Shown: positions 21,664 to 30,875 of the stretch, in pieces
Numbering within the stretch: position 1 is the stretch's first letter
Layout of the letters: every line of letters begins with the position of its first letter
Assembly (NCBI GenBank): GCA_019058295.1
Contig: JAHPZI010000030.1
Coordinates: 64,001 to 128,000, forward strand
Direction of reading: 5' to 3'
Source: Promethearchaeota archaeon
Lineage (GTDB): Archaea; Asgardarchaeota; Lokiarchaeia; Sigyniarchaeales; SOKP01
Length of the DNA stretch: 64,000 nt
Made by a program: the position numbers and the translations under genes
Notes under the pieces: generated by a model
Databases searched by the model: none
What the model saw: the letters and a program-made list of their open reading frames with translations, nothing else
Told to the model about the DNA's origin: nothing

Positions 21664-22143
21664 ATTCCAAACTGGGGATATTCTTTTACTGAGGAACGAT
21701 GGGACGTTGATCGCATGGCAAAAGCATCAGGCAGGGATATAAGAATAAAACCTAAACATGCGAGAGAGATATGTGCTGTTCTCAAAGGTATGAGATTAGA
21801 CCAAGCCAAAAGCTTTTTAGAGGATGTAATTCAGCTAAAACAATCAGTACCGTTTAGGCGTCATAAGAAAAAACAGGCTCATAGAAAAGATTTAAAACAA
21901 TTTAAATGGTATGCTGGGAGATATCCCCAAAAAGCGGCGGCAAGAATTTACGAAGTTCTTACAACTGTAGAATCTAACGCTGAATATAAAGGTTTAGATG
22001 TCGATTTATGTAGAATTATCCATATTTCAGCGAATAGAGGAAGAATAATAAAAAGATATATTGAACGTGCGCACGGAAGATCGACGCCGAGGAATAGACA
22101 TTTAACTCATCTAGAGATTGTTTTATACGAATTACCTAGTTAG
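21664..22143 (+). CDS. rpl22p: 50S ribosomal protein uL22 (probable ATT start at 21664; first in-frame ATG at 21715)
   Basis: KHAREIC, VPFRRH, GRYPQKAA, RAHGRST; upstream in-frame (I)PNWGYS matches the archaeal uL22 N-terminus. Confidence 0.93.
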   Translation: MPNWGYSFTEERWDVDRMAKASGRDIRIKPKHAREICAVLKGMRLDQAKSFLEDVIQLKQSVPFRRHKKKQAHRKDLKQFKWYAGRYPQKAAARIYEVLTTVESNAEYKGLDVDLCRIIHISANRGRIIKRYIERAHGRSTPRNRHLTHLEIVLYELPS

Positions 22144-22219
22144 AATTGTTTTTTAAACAATAAAAATAAAAAAATAAAAAAAATTAAATCAAAAAAATAA
22201 AACTAAAGGTGTAAAAAAG

Positions 22220-23008
22220 ATTCCTTTATCGAAGCATTTTATAGAACAGGGGATTAAGTTAATGCAAATAAATGAATATCTACGGTCTGAATTAGTTCGA
22301 GCAGGATTTGCTGGAATAGACCTTCAAAAAACTCCTCTTGGTGTAAGGATAACTCTTAAAACAAGTCGTCCAGGACTTGTAATTGGCAAAGGAGGTAAGC
22401 GAATACAAGAAATTACTGATGTTCTGCGTGATAAATATGAACTTGAGATGCCACAGATAGAGGTCGAAGAGGTCGCAAATCCTGACCTAGATGCCCAGAT
22501 AATGTCAGAGAGATTGGCATATTCTCTCGACCGTGGTAGACATTATAGGCGTGCGGGCTATTATATCTTAAGAAAAGTAATGGACGCGGGTGCTCGTGGC
22601 GTAGAAATCATTATTTCAGGTAAAGTAACTTCTCAACGAGCCAGAACCCAAATTTTTAGGGCTGGGACAATGAAGAAAAGTGGAATGCCAGCCCAAGAGG
22701 CTGTAGATAAAGGAATCTCTCAATGTATACAGAAGAGCGGAGTTCTTGGTGTTGTAGTGAAAATTATGCACGCTGACTATAAAATGGGTGACGAAGTTAA
22801 AATTAAGGAAAAAGAATTGGAAATGGCTCAAAAACAAGAAGAAGCTAAATTAGCTAAATTAAAACCGAAACCACTGTCTGATGAGGAAATTGAAGAAGAA
22901 GAAATAGAAGGAGCCGTACCTGAAGAGCTTAAAGAATTGATAGAAGAGGTTGACGAGGAAGATATTAAAGAAGTTTCTTTGGAATCCTCTGAAGAAAAAT
23001 CGGAATAA
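22220..23008 (+). CDS. rps3p: 30S ribosomal protein uS3 (probable ATT start at 22220; first in-frame ATG at 22262)
   Basis: TPLG.RI..SRPGLVIGKGG KH domain, GARGVEIIISGK; in-frame upstream (I)PLSKHFIEQG; AGGTG at 22207-22211. Confidence 0.95.
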   Translation: MPLSKHFIEQGIKLMQINEYLRSELVRAGFAGIDLQKTPLGVRITLKTSRPGLVIGKGGKRIQEITDVLRDKYELEMPQIEVEEVANPDLDAQIMSERLAYSLDRGRHYRRAGYYILRKVMDAGARGVEIIISGKVTSQRARTQIFRAGTMKKSGMPAQEAVDKGISQCIQKSGVLGVVVKIMHADYKMGDEVKIKEKELEMAQKQEEAKLAKLKPKPLSDEEIEEEEIEGAVPEELKELIEEVDEEDIKEVSLESSEEKSE

Positions 23009-23042
23009 ATCTTTTTAAATTATATAGAACAAGAAATAAAAA

Positions 23043-23267
23043 ATGAAGATAGTAAAAGCCGAAGAAATTCGGAATATGGATGATATGGAAAGGGAGAGAA
23101 AATTAGTTGATTTAAGAGAAGAATTAATGTTACTTTATTCTGCGCAAACAGGGGGAGGTATTACCGATAATCCCGCAAAAGCGAAGATATTAAAGAAACA
23201 AATAGCAAGGATCTTAACTATTAAGAACGAAGAGAAAAAATGGCAAGAATGGGCTAGAGAAGAATGA
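23043..23267 (+). CDS. rpl29p: 50S ribosomal protein uL29
   Basis: EIRNM...L.DLREEL...DNPAK...KKQIARILT; position after uS3. Confidence 0.92.
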   Translation: MKIVKAEEIRNMDDMERERKLVDLREELMLLYSAQTGGGITDNPAKAKILKKQIARILTIKNEEKKWQEWAREE

Positions 23268-23569
23268 ATATCAATCCAAAATATTTAATTTATCATGATT
23301 TAATAGGATTATACGCTTATGCAAAACTTATATCAAAACCAAAAAAGAAGATGAATTTCTCAAATATAGGTGTGGTTATTGATGAGTCAAAAAATATGTT
23401 AATTACGGAAAAAAACAATACGATAAAAAAATATATCAAAAAAGATTACATCTTTAGATTTCAACTTTCTAACGAAGATTATAATATGTTGGAAGTATTA
23501 GGGACTAAAATTGTTGGTCGTCCTGAAAATAGATTAAGAAATTTGCGAAAAAAAAGGTGGAAAAAATAA
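23264..23569 (+). CDS. rnp1: RNase P protein component 1 (Rpp29/Pop4)
   Basis: HDLIGL, GVVIDESKNML, G..IVGRPENRL; conserved position in the cluster. Confidence 0.9.
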   Translation: MNINPKYLIYHDLIGLYAYAKLISKPKKKMNFSNIGVVIDESKNMLITEKNNTIKKYIKKDYIFRFQLSNEDYNMLEVLGTKIVGRPENRLRNLRKKRWKK

Positions 23570-23570
23570 A

Positions 23571-23909
23571 ATGAGTCGGAACATAGGAGTGCCAGGTGTA
23601 AAACCTCCAAAAACAGGGGAATGCTCAGATACAGAGTGTCCTTTTCATGGGAGTACAAGGATAAGAGGAAAAATTACGAAAGGAGTTGTAGTAAGCAAAA
23701 AATCAAAGAATACCGTAATTATTAGAAGAGATTACATGCAATTTATTAGAAAATATCAGCGATACGAACGACGTAACACTCGTCTTGCTTGTCACTTACC
23801 AGAATGCTTGTGGCATGAAATTGAAGTTGGAGACACGGTGAGAGTTGGTGAATCTCGAAAAATATCAAAAACAAAAGCATTTATTGTATTAGAGAAAATC
23901 TCAAGTTAA
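23571..23909 (+). CDS. rps17p: 30S ribosomal protein uS17
   Basis: RNIG...C.D..CPFHG, KYQRYERR, GESRKISKTK. Confidence 0.96.
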   Translation: MSRNIGVPGVKPPKTGECSDTECPFHGSTRIRGKITKGVVVSKKSKNTVIIRRDYMQFIRKYQRYERRNTRLACHLPECLWHEIEVGDTVRVGESRKISKTKAFIVLEKISS

Positions 23910-23921
23910 GGTGCAAACTAA

Positions 23922-24347
23922 ATGGGAACTCGAAGAAAATTAGGAAGGAAAAGGGTGACAAAAGCTCGAACAAGCTATGGATTACAAAATGGTTCAAAAG
24001 TGCTTATCGCAGATAATTCGGGTGCTAAAATTGCCCAAATTATTAATGTTGATCATACTAAAACGCGATTAAGGCGATTACCTAAAGCAACTATAGGTAA
24101 TATAGTAACTGTTACTGTTAAACGAGGTAAACCAGAACTTCGAGGCAGCATTCTCAAGGCCGTAATTGTCCGACAAAAGAGGATTTATCGTCGAATAGAT
24201 GGCACAAGATTATGTTTTGAAGATAACGCCGCCGTTCTTGTGACAAAAGAAGGTGAACCAAAAGGGACAGAAATTAGAGGCCCGATTGCTCGAGAAGCAG
24301 CAGAAATGTTTCCTAGGCTTGCTTCAATATCAAGTTTAATAATTTAA
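23922..24347 (+). CDS. rpl14p: 50S ribosomal protein uL14
   Basis: ADNSGAK, KRGKPELR, FEDNAAV, KGTEIRGPIAREAA. Confidence 0.97.
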   Translation: MGTRRKLGRKRVTKARTSYGLQNGSKVLIADNSGAKIAQIINVDHTKTRLRRLPKATIGNIVTVTVKRGKPELRGSILKAVIVRQKRIYRRIDGTRLCFEDNAAVLVTKEGEPKGTEIRGPIAREAAEMFPRLASISSLII

Positions 24348-24368
24348 AATTTAATAAGTGTAAAAAAC

Positions 24369-24812
24369 ATGAAAGTTAAATCTAAAAAACCTGGTAAGCA
24401 AAGAAAAGCTCTTTATAAATATAAAAATCATCAACGGTCGAAATTATTAACTTGTCGATTAGCTGATTTTCTTCGAGAAGAATTTGGAATAATAAGAATA
24501 CCCTTGCGTGTGGGCGACAGCGTTAGAGTGTGTTCTGGGGAATTCAGAGATTTTGAGGGCGAAGTGTTAGAAATTACTAAAAATTTAAGAGTTAAAGTTA
24601 AGGAATGTGTCTTTGATAAAGCGGATGGGACACAATTTCATCCAACTATTCATGTTTCTAATCTAGTTATAACTAAGTTTAGAAAAATTGGGAAGAAAAT
24701 GGATGGTTGGCGCTCTGCTATGATTGAAAAAAAGGCAGGATTTATATGGGAAGAGGAATTGGTGGGTCCAAAGAAAGGAGAAAAGGGAAAAGGAAAGGGA
24801 GAGGAGGAATAA
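24369..24812 (+). CDS. rpl24p: 50S ribosomal protein uL24
   Basis: KSKKPGKQRK, GDSVRV..GEF (KOW), KADG, HVSNLVI. Confidence 0.94.
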   Translation: MKVKSKKPGKQRKALYKYKNHQRSKLLTCRLADFLREEFGIIRIPLRVGDSVRVCSGEFRDFEGEVLEITKNLRVKVKECVFDKADGTQFHPTIHVSNLVITKFRKIGKKMDGWRSAMIEKKAGFIWEEELVGPKKGEKGKGKGEEE

Positions 24813-24815
24813 ATA

Positions 24816-25571
24816 ATGACAAGGCATGGAGGACAAAAAGTATTAAAAAGATTAAATACACCAAAATTTTTGCAAATAAAACGAAAACATGGGAAATTTT
24901 TTTTAAAATCATATCCTGGACCTCATCCATCTAGATTTTGTTTACCGCTCTTACATATAGTAAGAGATCTTCTTGAAATTGTTGATAATCATCGAGAAGC
25001 AAAAAAATTGATAAATCTTGGTCATTTTAAAGTTGATGGTAAAGTTATTAGACATAAAAATTATCCTGTTGGTTTAATGGATGTCTTAAGTATTGAAAAA
25101 ATTAATAAACATTACCGAATACTTCCAGATTCTCATTATGGTTTATTTTTACATGAAATACCAGAAGCAGAAAGTACTTTCAAATTATGCAGAATAAATC
25201 AAAAAACTACTGTTAAAGGAGGTCATGTTCAATTAAACCTACACGATGGAAGAAATGTTTTACTAAGAGTAAAGGATCCAAGAAATCCCAAAGAAGATGT
25301 TTATAAAAGGATGGATGTCTTAAAAATTTCTATTCCTGACCAAGAAATTCTTAAAAATCTGAAATTTAAAGAAAATAATTTAGCTCTCATAATGTCTGGT
25401 AAAAATATCGGACAAATAGGAAAAATAATAAATATTAAAAAATTATTTGGACCAAAAGCAAGTACGGTTTCAATTGAACATAATGGAGATCATACGGAAA
25501 CTTTGTATGATTATACCTTCGTTATAGGCGAAGATCAATCAGAAATAAATTTACCTAAAATTCAAATATAA
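24816..25571 (+). CDS. rps4e: 30S ribosomal protein eS4
   Basis: LKRLNTP, PGPH, KVDGKV, PVGLMDV, QLNLHDGRN. Confidence 0.96.
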   Translation: MTRHGGQKVLKRLNTPKFLQIKRKHGKFFLKSYPGPHPSRFCLPLLHIVRDLLEIVDNHREAKKLINLGHFKVDGKVIRHKNYPVGLMDVLSIEKINKHYRILPDSHYGLFLHEIPEAESTFKLCRINQKTTVKGGHVQLNLHDGRNVLLRVKDPRNPKEDVYKRMDVLKISIPDQEILKNLKFKENNLALIMSGKNIGQIGKIINIKKLFGPKASTVSIEHNGDHTETLYDYTFVIGEDQSEINLPKIQI

Positions 25572-25591
25572 GAAAATAAGTGAGAATTTAA

Positions 25592-26173
25592 ATGTCATCC
25601 AAAGCCAAAAAGACTCAAAAAACTGATTTTGAGGAAATATGGAAAAATCCAATGAAAAGGCCATTTCTTGAGAAAATTGTACTAAATATAGGTGTTGGTG
25701 CTGGTGGCGAGGAATTAGAAAGGGCGACATCCGTTTTAGAAACTATTACAGGTAAAAAAGCTGTAAAAACAATATCAAAAAGAAATATTAAAGAGTTCAA
25801 TTTAAGAATAGGGCGCCCCATAGGGACCAAAATAACAGTTCGAGGAAAGGAGGCCGAAACATTATTAAAAAGATTATTGATTGTAACTAACAATAAGATA
25901 CTCAAAAAAAGTTTCGATAATTATGGAAATTTTGGATTTGGAATAACAGAACATATTTCGATTCCTGGCATCGAATATGATACGGAAATTGGAATATATG
26001 GATTGGATGTTTGTGGAAAAATCGTGAGACCTGGAATGAGAGTAAAATATAGAAGGAATAAACGATCTAAAATCACAAAGCATCACTATGTTTCTAAATT
26101 GGAAGCCCAAGAATTTCTTAATAAAAAATTTAATGTCTCAATAGTGAAAGAGCTCGATTTAGAATTTGTGTGA
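25592..26173 (+). CDS. rpl5p: 50S ribosomal protein uL5
   Basis: NPMKRP..EKIVLNIGVG, PIGTKITVRG, FDNYGNFGFGI.EHI. Confidence 0.97.
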   Translation: MSSKAKKTQKTDFEEIWKNPMKRPFLEKIVLNIGVGAGGEELERATSVLETITGKKAVKTISKRNIKEFNLRIGRPIGTKITVRGKEAETLLKRLLIVTNNKILKKSFDNYGNFGFGITEHISIPGIEYDTEIGIYGLDVCGKIVRPGMRVKYRRNKRSKITKHHYVSKLEAQEFLNKKFNVSIVKELDLEFV

Positions 26174-26212
26174 ATAAATAATTAAAAAAAAATAAAAAAA
26201 CAAGGAAAACAT

Positions 26213-26362
26213 ATGCCGCAAGGAAAAGATTTTGGTAAGGGAAGAAGGGAGTGTAGAAGATGTGGAACACATAGAGCTATAATTAGGCGCTATGGGTTAA
26301 ATATTTGTCGGAGATGTTTTTATGAAATCGGCAAAGATATTGGATTTAAACGTTATGAATAA
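26213..26362 (+). CDS. rps14p: 30S ribosomal protein uS14 (Zn-binding, 49 aa; not in the ORF track)
   Basis: hand translation [49 protein letters not shown]; lies between uL5 and uS8. Confidence 0.95.
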   Translation: MPQGKDFGKGRRECRRCGTHRAIIRRYGLNICRRCFYEIGKDIGFKRYE

Positions 26363-26576
26363 AAGCAACTCTCTTTTATAACTCTTAAGTAATAGAATCT
26401 CTAATTTGGGGCATACTATTTATTTGTCGCTAAAATGAAGGATTACTTTTATTAAATTTCAGTTTTGCTATTCTTATATTTGTTTTTATTAATTTTAATA
26501 AAGTTAAAATTTTATCGATTATTTACCTTTAGTATCAGAATGAAAGATCATGAGATTAAAAGGAGGTCTTCTGTAA

Positions 26577-26960
26577 TTGGTAAATACACTCGCTGATGCA
26601 ATGAATATGCTGAAAAATGCTGAATTTGCTAAAAAGAAAGAAGTAATTATAACCCCTGCCTCAAAGTTACTTCAAAGAGTTTTAAGAATTTTTCAAGCAA
26701 ATGCATATATAGGTGAATTCGAACGTTATGACGATGGACGACAAGGTAAATTCAAAATAGCATTGTTAGGAAAAATCAATGAATGCAAGGCCTTGATGCG
26801 CTTAAATTATAAAGTTAACCAATTAGAAGCATTGGAGAGAAAGTTACTTCCCGCTCCTGGTTTAGGTTTAATTATTTTGACCACAAATCAAGGAATAATT
26901 AGTTCAAAAGAAGCTGAAGAAAAAAGTATCGGTGGACATTCTTTATGTTATATATATTAA
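26577..26960 (+). CDS. rps8p: 30S ribosomal protein uS8 (TTG start)
   Basis: LADAM...NAE, PASKL, YIGEFE..DDGRQGK, LLGKINEC; AGGAGGT SD upstream. Confidence 0.96.
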   Translation: MVNTLADAMNMLKNAEFAKKKEVIITPASKLLQRVLRIFQANAYIGEFERYDDGRQGKFKIALLGKINECKALMRLNYKVNQLEALERKLLPAPGLGLIILTTNQGIISSKEAEEKSIGGHSLCYIY

Positions 26961-26983
26961 ATAAATTATTGGGTTAAGGAAAA

Positions 26984-27565
26984 ATGGTAAAAATTGCCTA
27001 TTTTAGTGAAACACTGGAGATTCCTAAGGGAGTAGATGTTGAAATTAAAGGGGATAATTTAATTATAGTAAAAGGACCTAATGGAGGACCAATTTCTAAA
27101 GATTTTTCGCATGCTAGAGGTATAAAGATATCAATTGAAAAAAATAAAATTATATTCAGTTCACATTTTCCAAAAAACAAAACTGTTGCCTTAGCAAAAA
27201 CAATCATGAATATTATTCACAATTTAATTGTTGGTGTGCAGACTCCGTATAAGTATATATCAAAAATTTGTTACTCTCATTTCCCGTTTACTGTTCGGGC
27301 TGATGAAAGAGCTCAAATATTATTTGTAGAAAATTTTTTAGGAGAAAGAGCACCAAGAAAAGCAATAATAGAAAAAAATGTAAAAATAAAAGTCGAAGAG
27401 GATGACATCATCCTTGAAGGGCCTGACAAAGAGTCTCTAGGCCAAACGGCGGCTAATTTAAAAAGATGTTGCAGAATTCGTAAAAAAGATCCAAGGGTAT
27501 TTCAGGACGGCGTTTATTTGTATAAGAAACAAATTGGGAATGAAATAATATGGCAAATTAAGTAA
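26984..27565 (+). CDS. rpl6p: 50S ribosomal protein uL6
   Basis: EIPKGV, VKGPNG, YSHFP, NFLGER, KDPRVFQDGVY. Confidence 0.96.
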   Translation: MVKIAYFSETLEIPKGVDVEIKGDNLIIVKGPNGGPISKDFSHARGIKISIEKNKIIFSSHFPKNKTVALAKTIMNIIHNLIVGVQTPYKYISKICYSHFPFTVRADERAQILFVENFLGERAPRKAIIEKNVKIKVEEDDIILEGPDKESLGQTAANLKRCCRIRKKDPRVFQDGVYLYKKQIGNEIIWQIK

Positions 27566-27581
27566 AGGTATGGTAATAATT

Positions 27582-28082
27582 ATGTCAGAAAAAGAGAGAT
27601 TATTGGAGATTCGAAAACGGATGAAAAAAAAACGCCCCTCATTTAGACGAGTTGAATCATGGCGATATGATAGAGTTAAGGATTCGTGGAGAAAAGCACG
27701 AGGCATAGATTCACAAACACGAAAAAAGACTAAAACAGGCGTAAAATCTCCTTCAGCTGGATATAGAAGTCCTAAAAAAATACGAGGTTTACATCCATCT
27801 GGATACCAAGAAGTAAGAATAAATAATAAAAATGATATAGAGATGTTAAATTTAAGTCCTAATAAACATGCTATAAAGATTTCTGGCAGGTTAGGATCAA
27901 AAAAACGATTAGATTTAATAGATTACGCTCAGAAAAGAAATTTCTATATACTTAATCTAGGCATTTCTCAAAAGGAAATGGAAGAATTTGAAGCTATGCT
28001 CGAAGACGAAGACTTTCTTGATGAGGAAGATTTAGAAGATGAAGATTTTCTTGATGAGGAAGATCTTGATTTAGACGAATAA
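27582..28082 (+). CDS. rpl32e: 50S ribosomal protein eL32 with acidic repeat tail
   Basis: KKKRPSFRR, WRKARGIDS, GYRSPKKIRGLHPSG; alternative ATG at 27570. Confidence 0.95.
   Translation: MSEKERLLEIRKRMKKKRPSFRRVESWRYDRVKDSWRKARGIDSQTRKKTKTGVKSPSAGYRSPKKIRGLHPSGYQEVRINNKNDIEMLNLSPNKHAIKISGRLGSKKRLDLIDYAQKRNFYILNLGISQKEMEEFEAMLEDEDFLDEEDLEDEDFLDEEDLDLDE
28002..28067 (+). repeat. 33-bp imperfect tandem duplication encoding (EDEDFLDEEDL)x2 in the eL32 tail
   Basis: gaagacgaagactttcttgatgaggaagattta / gaagatgaagattttcttgatgaggaagatctt. Confidence 0.85.
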
Positions 28083-28112
28083 GAAATTTATTAAAAATGG
28101 AGTGATGACAAA

Positions 28113-28568
28113 ATGAATTTAAGCGCTCAGAGGAGAATGGCAGCGGATATATTAAAGTGTGGTGTAAATCGAGTCTATTTTGACCCATACCTCGGAGATG
28201 AGATAGCTATGGCTATCACAAGGGAGGATATTCGTAACCTAATTAAAGAGGGAATTATTCAAAAAGCCTATAAAAAAGGGACTTCAAATTATAGAAAAAA
28301 AATTCGGCATCAAAGAAAGATAAAAGGAAGAGGAAGAGGGTTCGGAAAAAGAAAAGGAACCAAAAATGCTCGATTTCCTAAAAAAAGAGCTTGGATTCGA
28401 AGAATCAGACCAATTAGGTCTCATTTAAAGAAACTAAGAGATCGAAAATTGATAACGATAAGCACTTATAGAAAATTGTATAAAAATGCTAAAGGTGGTA
28501 TGTTTAATAGCGTATCTCAACTAAATCGTTATATTAAAGACAAAGAATTATTGAGAAGAGGGAGATAA
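28113..28568 (+). CDS. rpl19e: 50S ribosomal protein eL19
   Basis: MNLSAQRRMAA.ILKCG..RV, AITREDIR, G.GKRKGT..AR, YKNAKGGMF. Confidence 0.97.
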   Translation: MNLSAQRRMAADILKCGVNRVYFDPYLGDEIAMAITREDIRNLIKEGIIQKAYKKGTSNYRKKIRHQRKIKGRGRGFGKRKGTKNARFPKKRAWIRRIRPIRSHLKKLRDRKLITISTYRKLYKNAKGGMFNSVSQLNRYIKDKELLRRGR

Positions 28569-28569
28569 A

Positions 28570-29166
28570 ATGGCTCACGGCGGTCCACGATATAGAAGAT
28601 CCTTTAGAAGACGGGAACAAGGTAAAACAAATTATCATAAAAGATTGAAATTATTAAAATCAAAACAGTTGAGATTAGTTATCAGAGCCTCTAATAATCA
28701 TATCAGAATTCAATTTATCCAATCTATTCGTGGTGGTGATAAAATATTAATCTCCACTTTTTCCAAGGAGTTATCTATAAAATTTGGATTTAATGCCAAT
28801 ACTGGCAATATTCCAGCAGCATATTTAACAGGTTATTTAGCAGGTCTAAGAGCAAAAAAAGCAAAAATTGAAGCTGCCATACTTGATCTGGGAATATTTT
28901 ATCATAGAAATCGTGTTCTTGCTGCTATTAAAGGAGTTTTGAAAGCAGGTATTAATATTCCTCATAGCGAAGAATTTTTCCCAGATAGTTTAGAAGAAAG
29001 AATTAATGGTTCTCATATTGAAAATTACGCAAAACTATTAAAACAAAACGAGCCAGAAAAATACAATCAAGTTTTCTCGGGATACTTGAATAAAAAGAAA
29101 ATTGATCCTTCAAAATTAAATCAAATCTTTTCAAATACTTTAAATATGATTGAAAATAACGCTTAA
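28570..29166 (+). CDS. rpl18p: 50S ribosomal protein uL18
   Basis: GPRYR..FRRREQGKTNY, NIPAAYLTG, AILDLG. Confidence 0.96.
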   Translation: MAHGGPRYRRSFRRREQGKTNYHKRLKLLKSKQLRLVIRASNNHIRIQFIQSIRGGDKILISTFSKELSIKFGFNANTGNIPAAYLTGYLAGLRAKKAKIEAAILDLGIFYHRNRVLAAIKGVLKAGINIPHSEEFFPDSLEERINGSHIENYAKLLKQNEPEKYNQVFSGYLNKKKIDPSKLNQIFSNTLNMIENNA

Positions 29167-29182
29167 TTCCATAATGATAAAA

Positions 29183-29794
29183 ATGAGTCGAATAAGAGAG
29201 GAAGAATTGTGGATTCCAAAGACTAAGCTAGGCGAATTAGTAAAAGAAGGTCTGATAGACCTAAAAAGAATTTTCCAAAATAACTTAGTTGTTAAAGAGA
29301 AAGAAATTATCGATATATTATTACCACAACTTCGTGAAGACGTAGTGACAATAAAAATGATTCAAAAAATGACGGCATCTGGACAAAGATCTAGATTTAA
29401 AGCTGTTGTACTCGTGGGTTCTGATGGCTTTTTGGGTGTTAGCGCAGCAAAAAGTAGAGAAGTGGGACCAGCAATCAGAAAAGCAATAGATAAAGCAAAA
29501 CTTTCCGTAGTTCCAATTTTAACAGGTTGTGGTAGTAAAGAATGTGGATGTGGTGGAAGCCACAGTATCCCTTTTAAAGTTATAGGAAAATGCGGAAGCG
29601 TAAGGATTCAACTCATTCCTGCCCCGGCGGGAGTAGGATTAGCATGTGCAGATAAAGTTAAACAAGTCTTAAAGTTATGCGGTATTGAAGATATCTGGAG
29701 TAAAACTTTTGGAGATACTCGAACCAGCGAAAATCTAGTAAAAGCTACTTTTGACGCACTTAAAAATGCTCATAAATTTAATTTTAATATTTAA
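29183..29794 (+). CDS. rps5p: 30S ribosomal protein uS5
   Basis: WIPKTKLG, QKMTASGQR, GCGSKECGCG..HSIP, PAPAGVGL; start placed at the ATG after the uL18 stop (track start 29150). Confidence 0.95.
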   Translation: MSRIREEELWIPKTKLGELVKEGLIDLKRIFQNNLVVKEKEIIDILLPQLREDVVTIKMIQKMTASGQRSRFKAVVLVGSDGFLGVSAAKSREVGPAIRKAIDKAKLSVVPILTGCGSKECGCGGSHSIPFKVIGKCGSVRIQLIPAPAGVGLACADKVKQVLKLCGIEDIWSKTFGDTRTSENLVKATFDALKNAHKFNFNI

Positions 29795-29807
29795 TTGAGT
29801 GGTTGAA

Positions 29808-30335
29808 ATGTCTATGGCAAAGAAAAAATTAACCTCCAAGGAAAAAATTGATTTCACTCCTAACCTTATTTTCGCTATTCGAATAAGAGGTGCTCCAGGG
29901 ATGAAAAGAAAGATCTTGGATACGTTAAAAATGCTCAGAATGCATAAAGTAAACCACGGAGTCCTGATATGGGCTGGAAAAAGTTATAATGGAATGTTAA
30001 ATAAATGTAAAGATTATATTGCTTATGGCAAAATTGACGAGAAAACTTTAGTAAGATTATTGAGAGTCAGGGGAAGAGTTGTAGGAAATAAACCACTCAC
30101 AGATGAATATATTAAAAATATAACCGAATATAAAAATATAAAAGATTTTTCTAAAGCTTTGTTAAATGGAAAAATACAATATAACGATAAATATGTGTAT
30201 AAACTTAAACCTGTTTTTAGATTACATCCACCAAGAAAAGGTTATAGAGGATCAATTAAAAAACATTACGCTGAAGGTGGAACTCTTGGCAATGTGGGAG
30301 AATATATTAATGAATTAATTCATAAAATGTTATAA
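29808..30335 (+). CDS. rpl30p: 50S ribosomal protein uL30
   Basis: AIRIRG, DTLKMLR, KDYIAYG, KPVFRLHPPRKG; exact start uncertain. Confidence 0.95.
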   Translation: MSMAKKKLTSKEKIDFTPNLIFAIRIRGAPGMKRKILDTLKMLRMHKVNHGVLIWAGKSYNGMLNKCKDYIAYGKIDEKTLVRLLRVRGRVVGNKPLTDEYIKNITEYKNIKDFSKALLNGKIQYNDKYVYKLKPVFRLHPPRKGYRGSIKKHYAEGGTLGNVGEYINELIHKML

Positions 30336-30353
30336 CTAAGAAAGTGAGGAACT

Positions 30354-30818
30354 ATGAGAAAATATCCTAAAAAAATTCAAAAAATGAGAGGCACTCGCAC
30401 ATGTGGCTATGGAAGAGTAGGACAACATAGAAAAACAGGTCAACGCGCGGGGAGAGGTAAAACTACTCAATGGAAAAAAAGTAAAAGATCTTACTACTTA
30501 AAACAGAAAGAGCTAGGATTTCCAGACCCAGATTGGGTTATGGGAAAAACAGGCTTTAAGAGACCTCAGGATATGGTCCGTCTTTCCAAAGTAAATGCTA
30601 TTAATGTTAAGGATCTGGATTATAGGGTTGAAGATATAGCTAAAAAATCAGCTGATACCTATAACATAAATTTAAACGATATTAATATCCAAAAATTATT
30701 AGGTCGGGGGCAAATTAACAAAAAAATTAACGTATCCGTAAACAAAGCCTCTAAAAGGGCAATTGAAAAAATAGAAGCTGCTGGTGGTAAAGTTACGCTT
30801 CTTTCAGAATCGAAATGA
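30354..30818 (+). CDS. rpl15p: 50S ribosomal protein uL15
   Basis: RGTRTCGYG..GQHR, GKTGF, KLLGRG, AIEKIEAAGG. Confidence 0.96.
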   Translation: MRKYPKKIQKMRGTRTCGYGRVGQHRKTGQRAGRGKTTQWKKSKRSYYLKQKELGFPDPDWVMGKTGFKRPQDMVRLSKVNAINVKDLDYRVEDIAKKSADTYNINLNDINIQKLLGRGQINKKINVSVNKASKRAIEKIEAAGGKVTLLSESK

Positions 30819-30875
30819 TTAAAATTTAAAAAATTTCATTACATTTTGTTTATTTCTTTCGATTTAAATTGAAAT

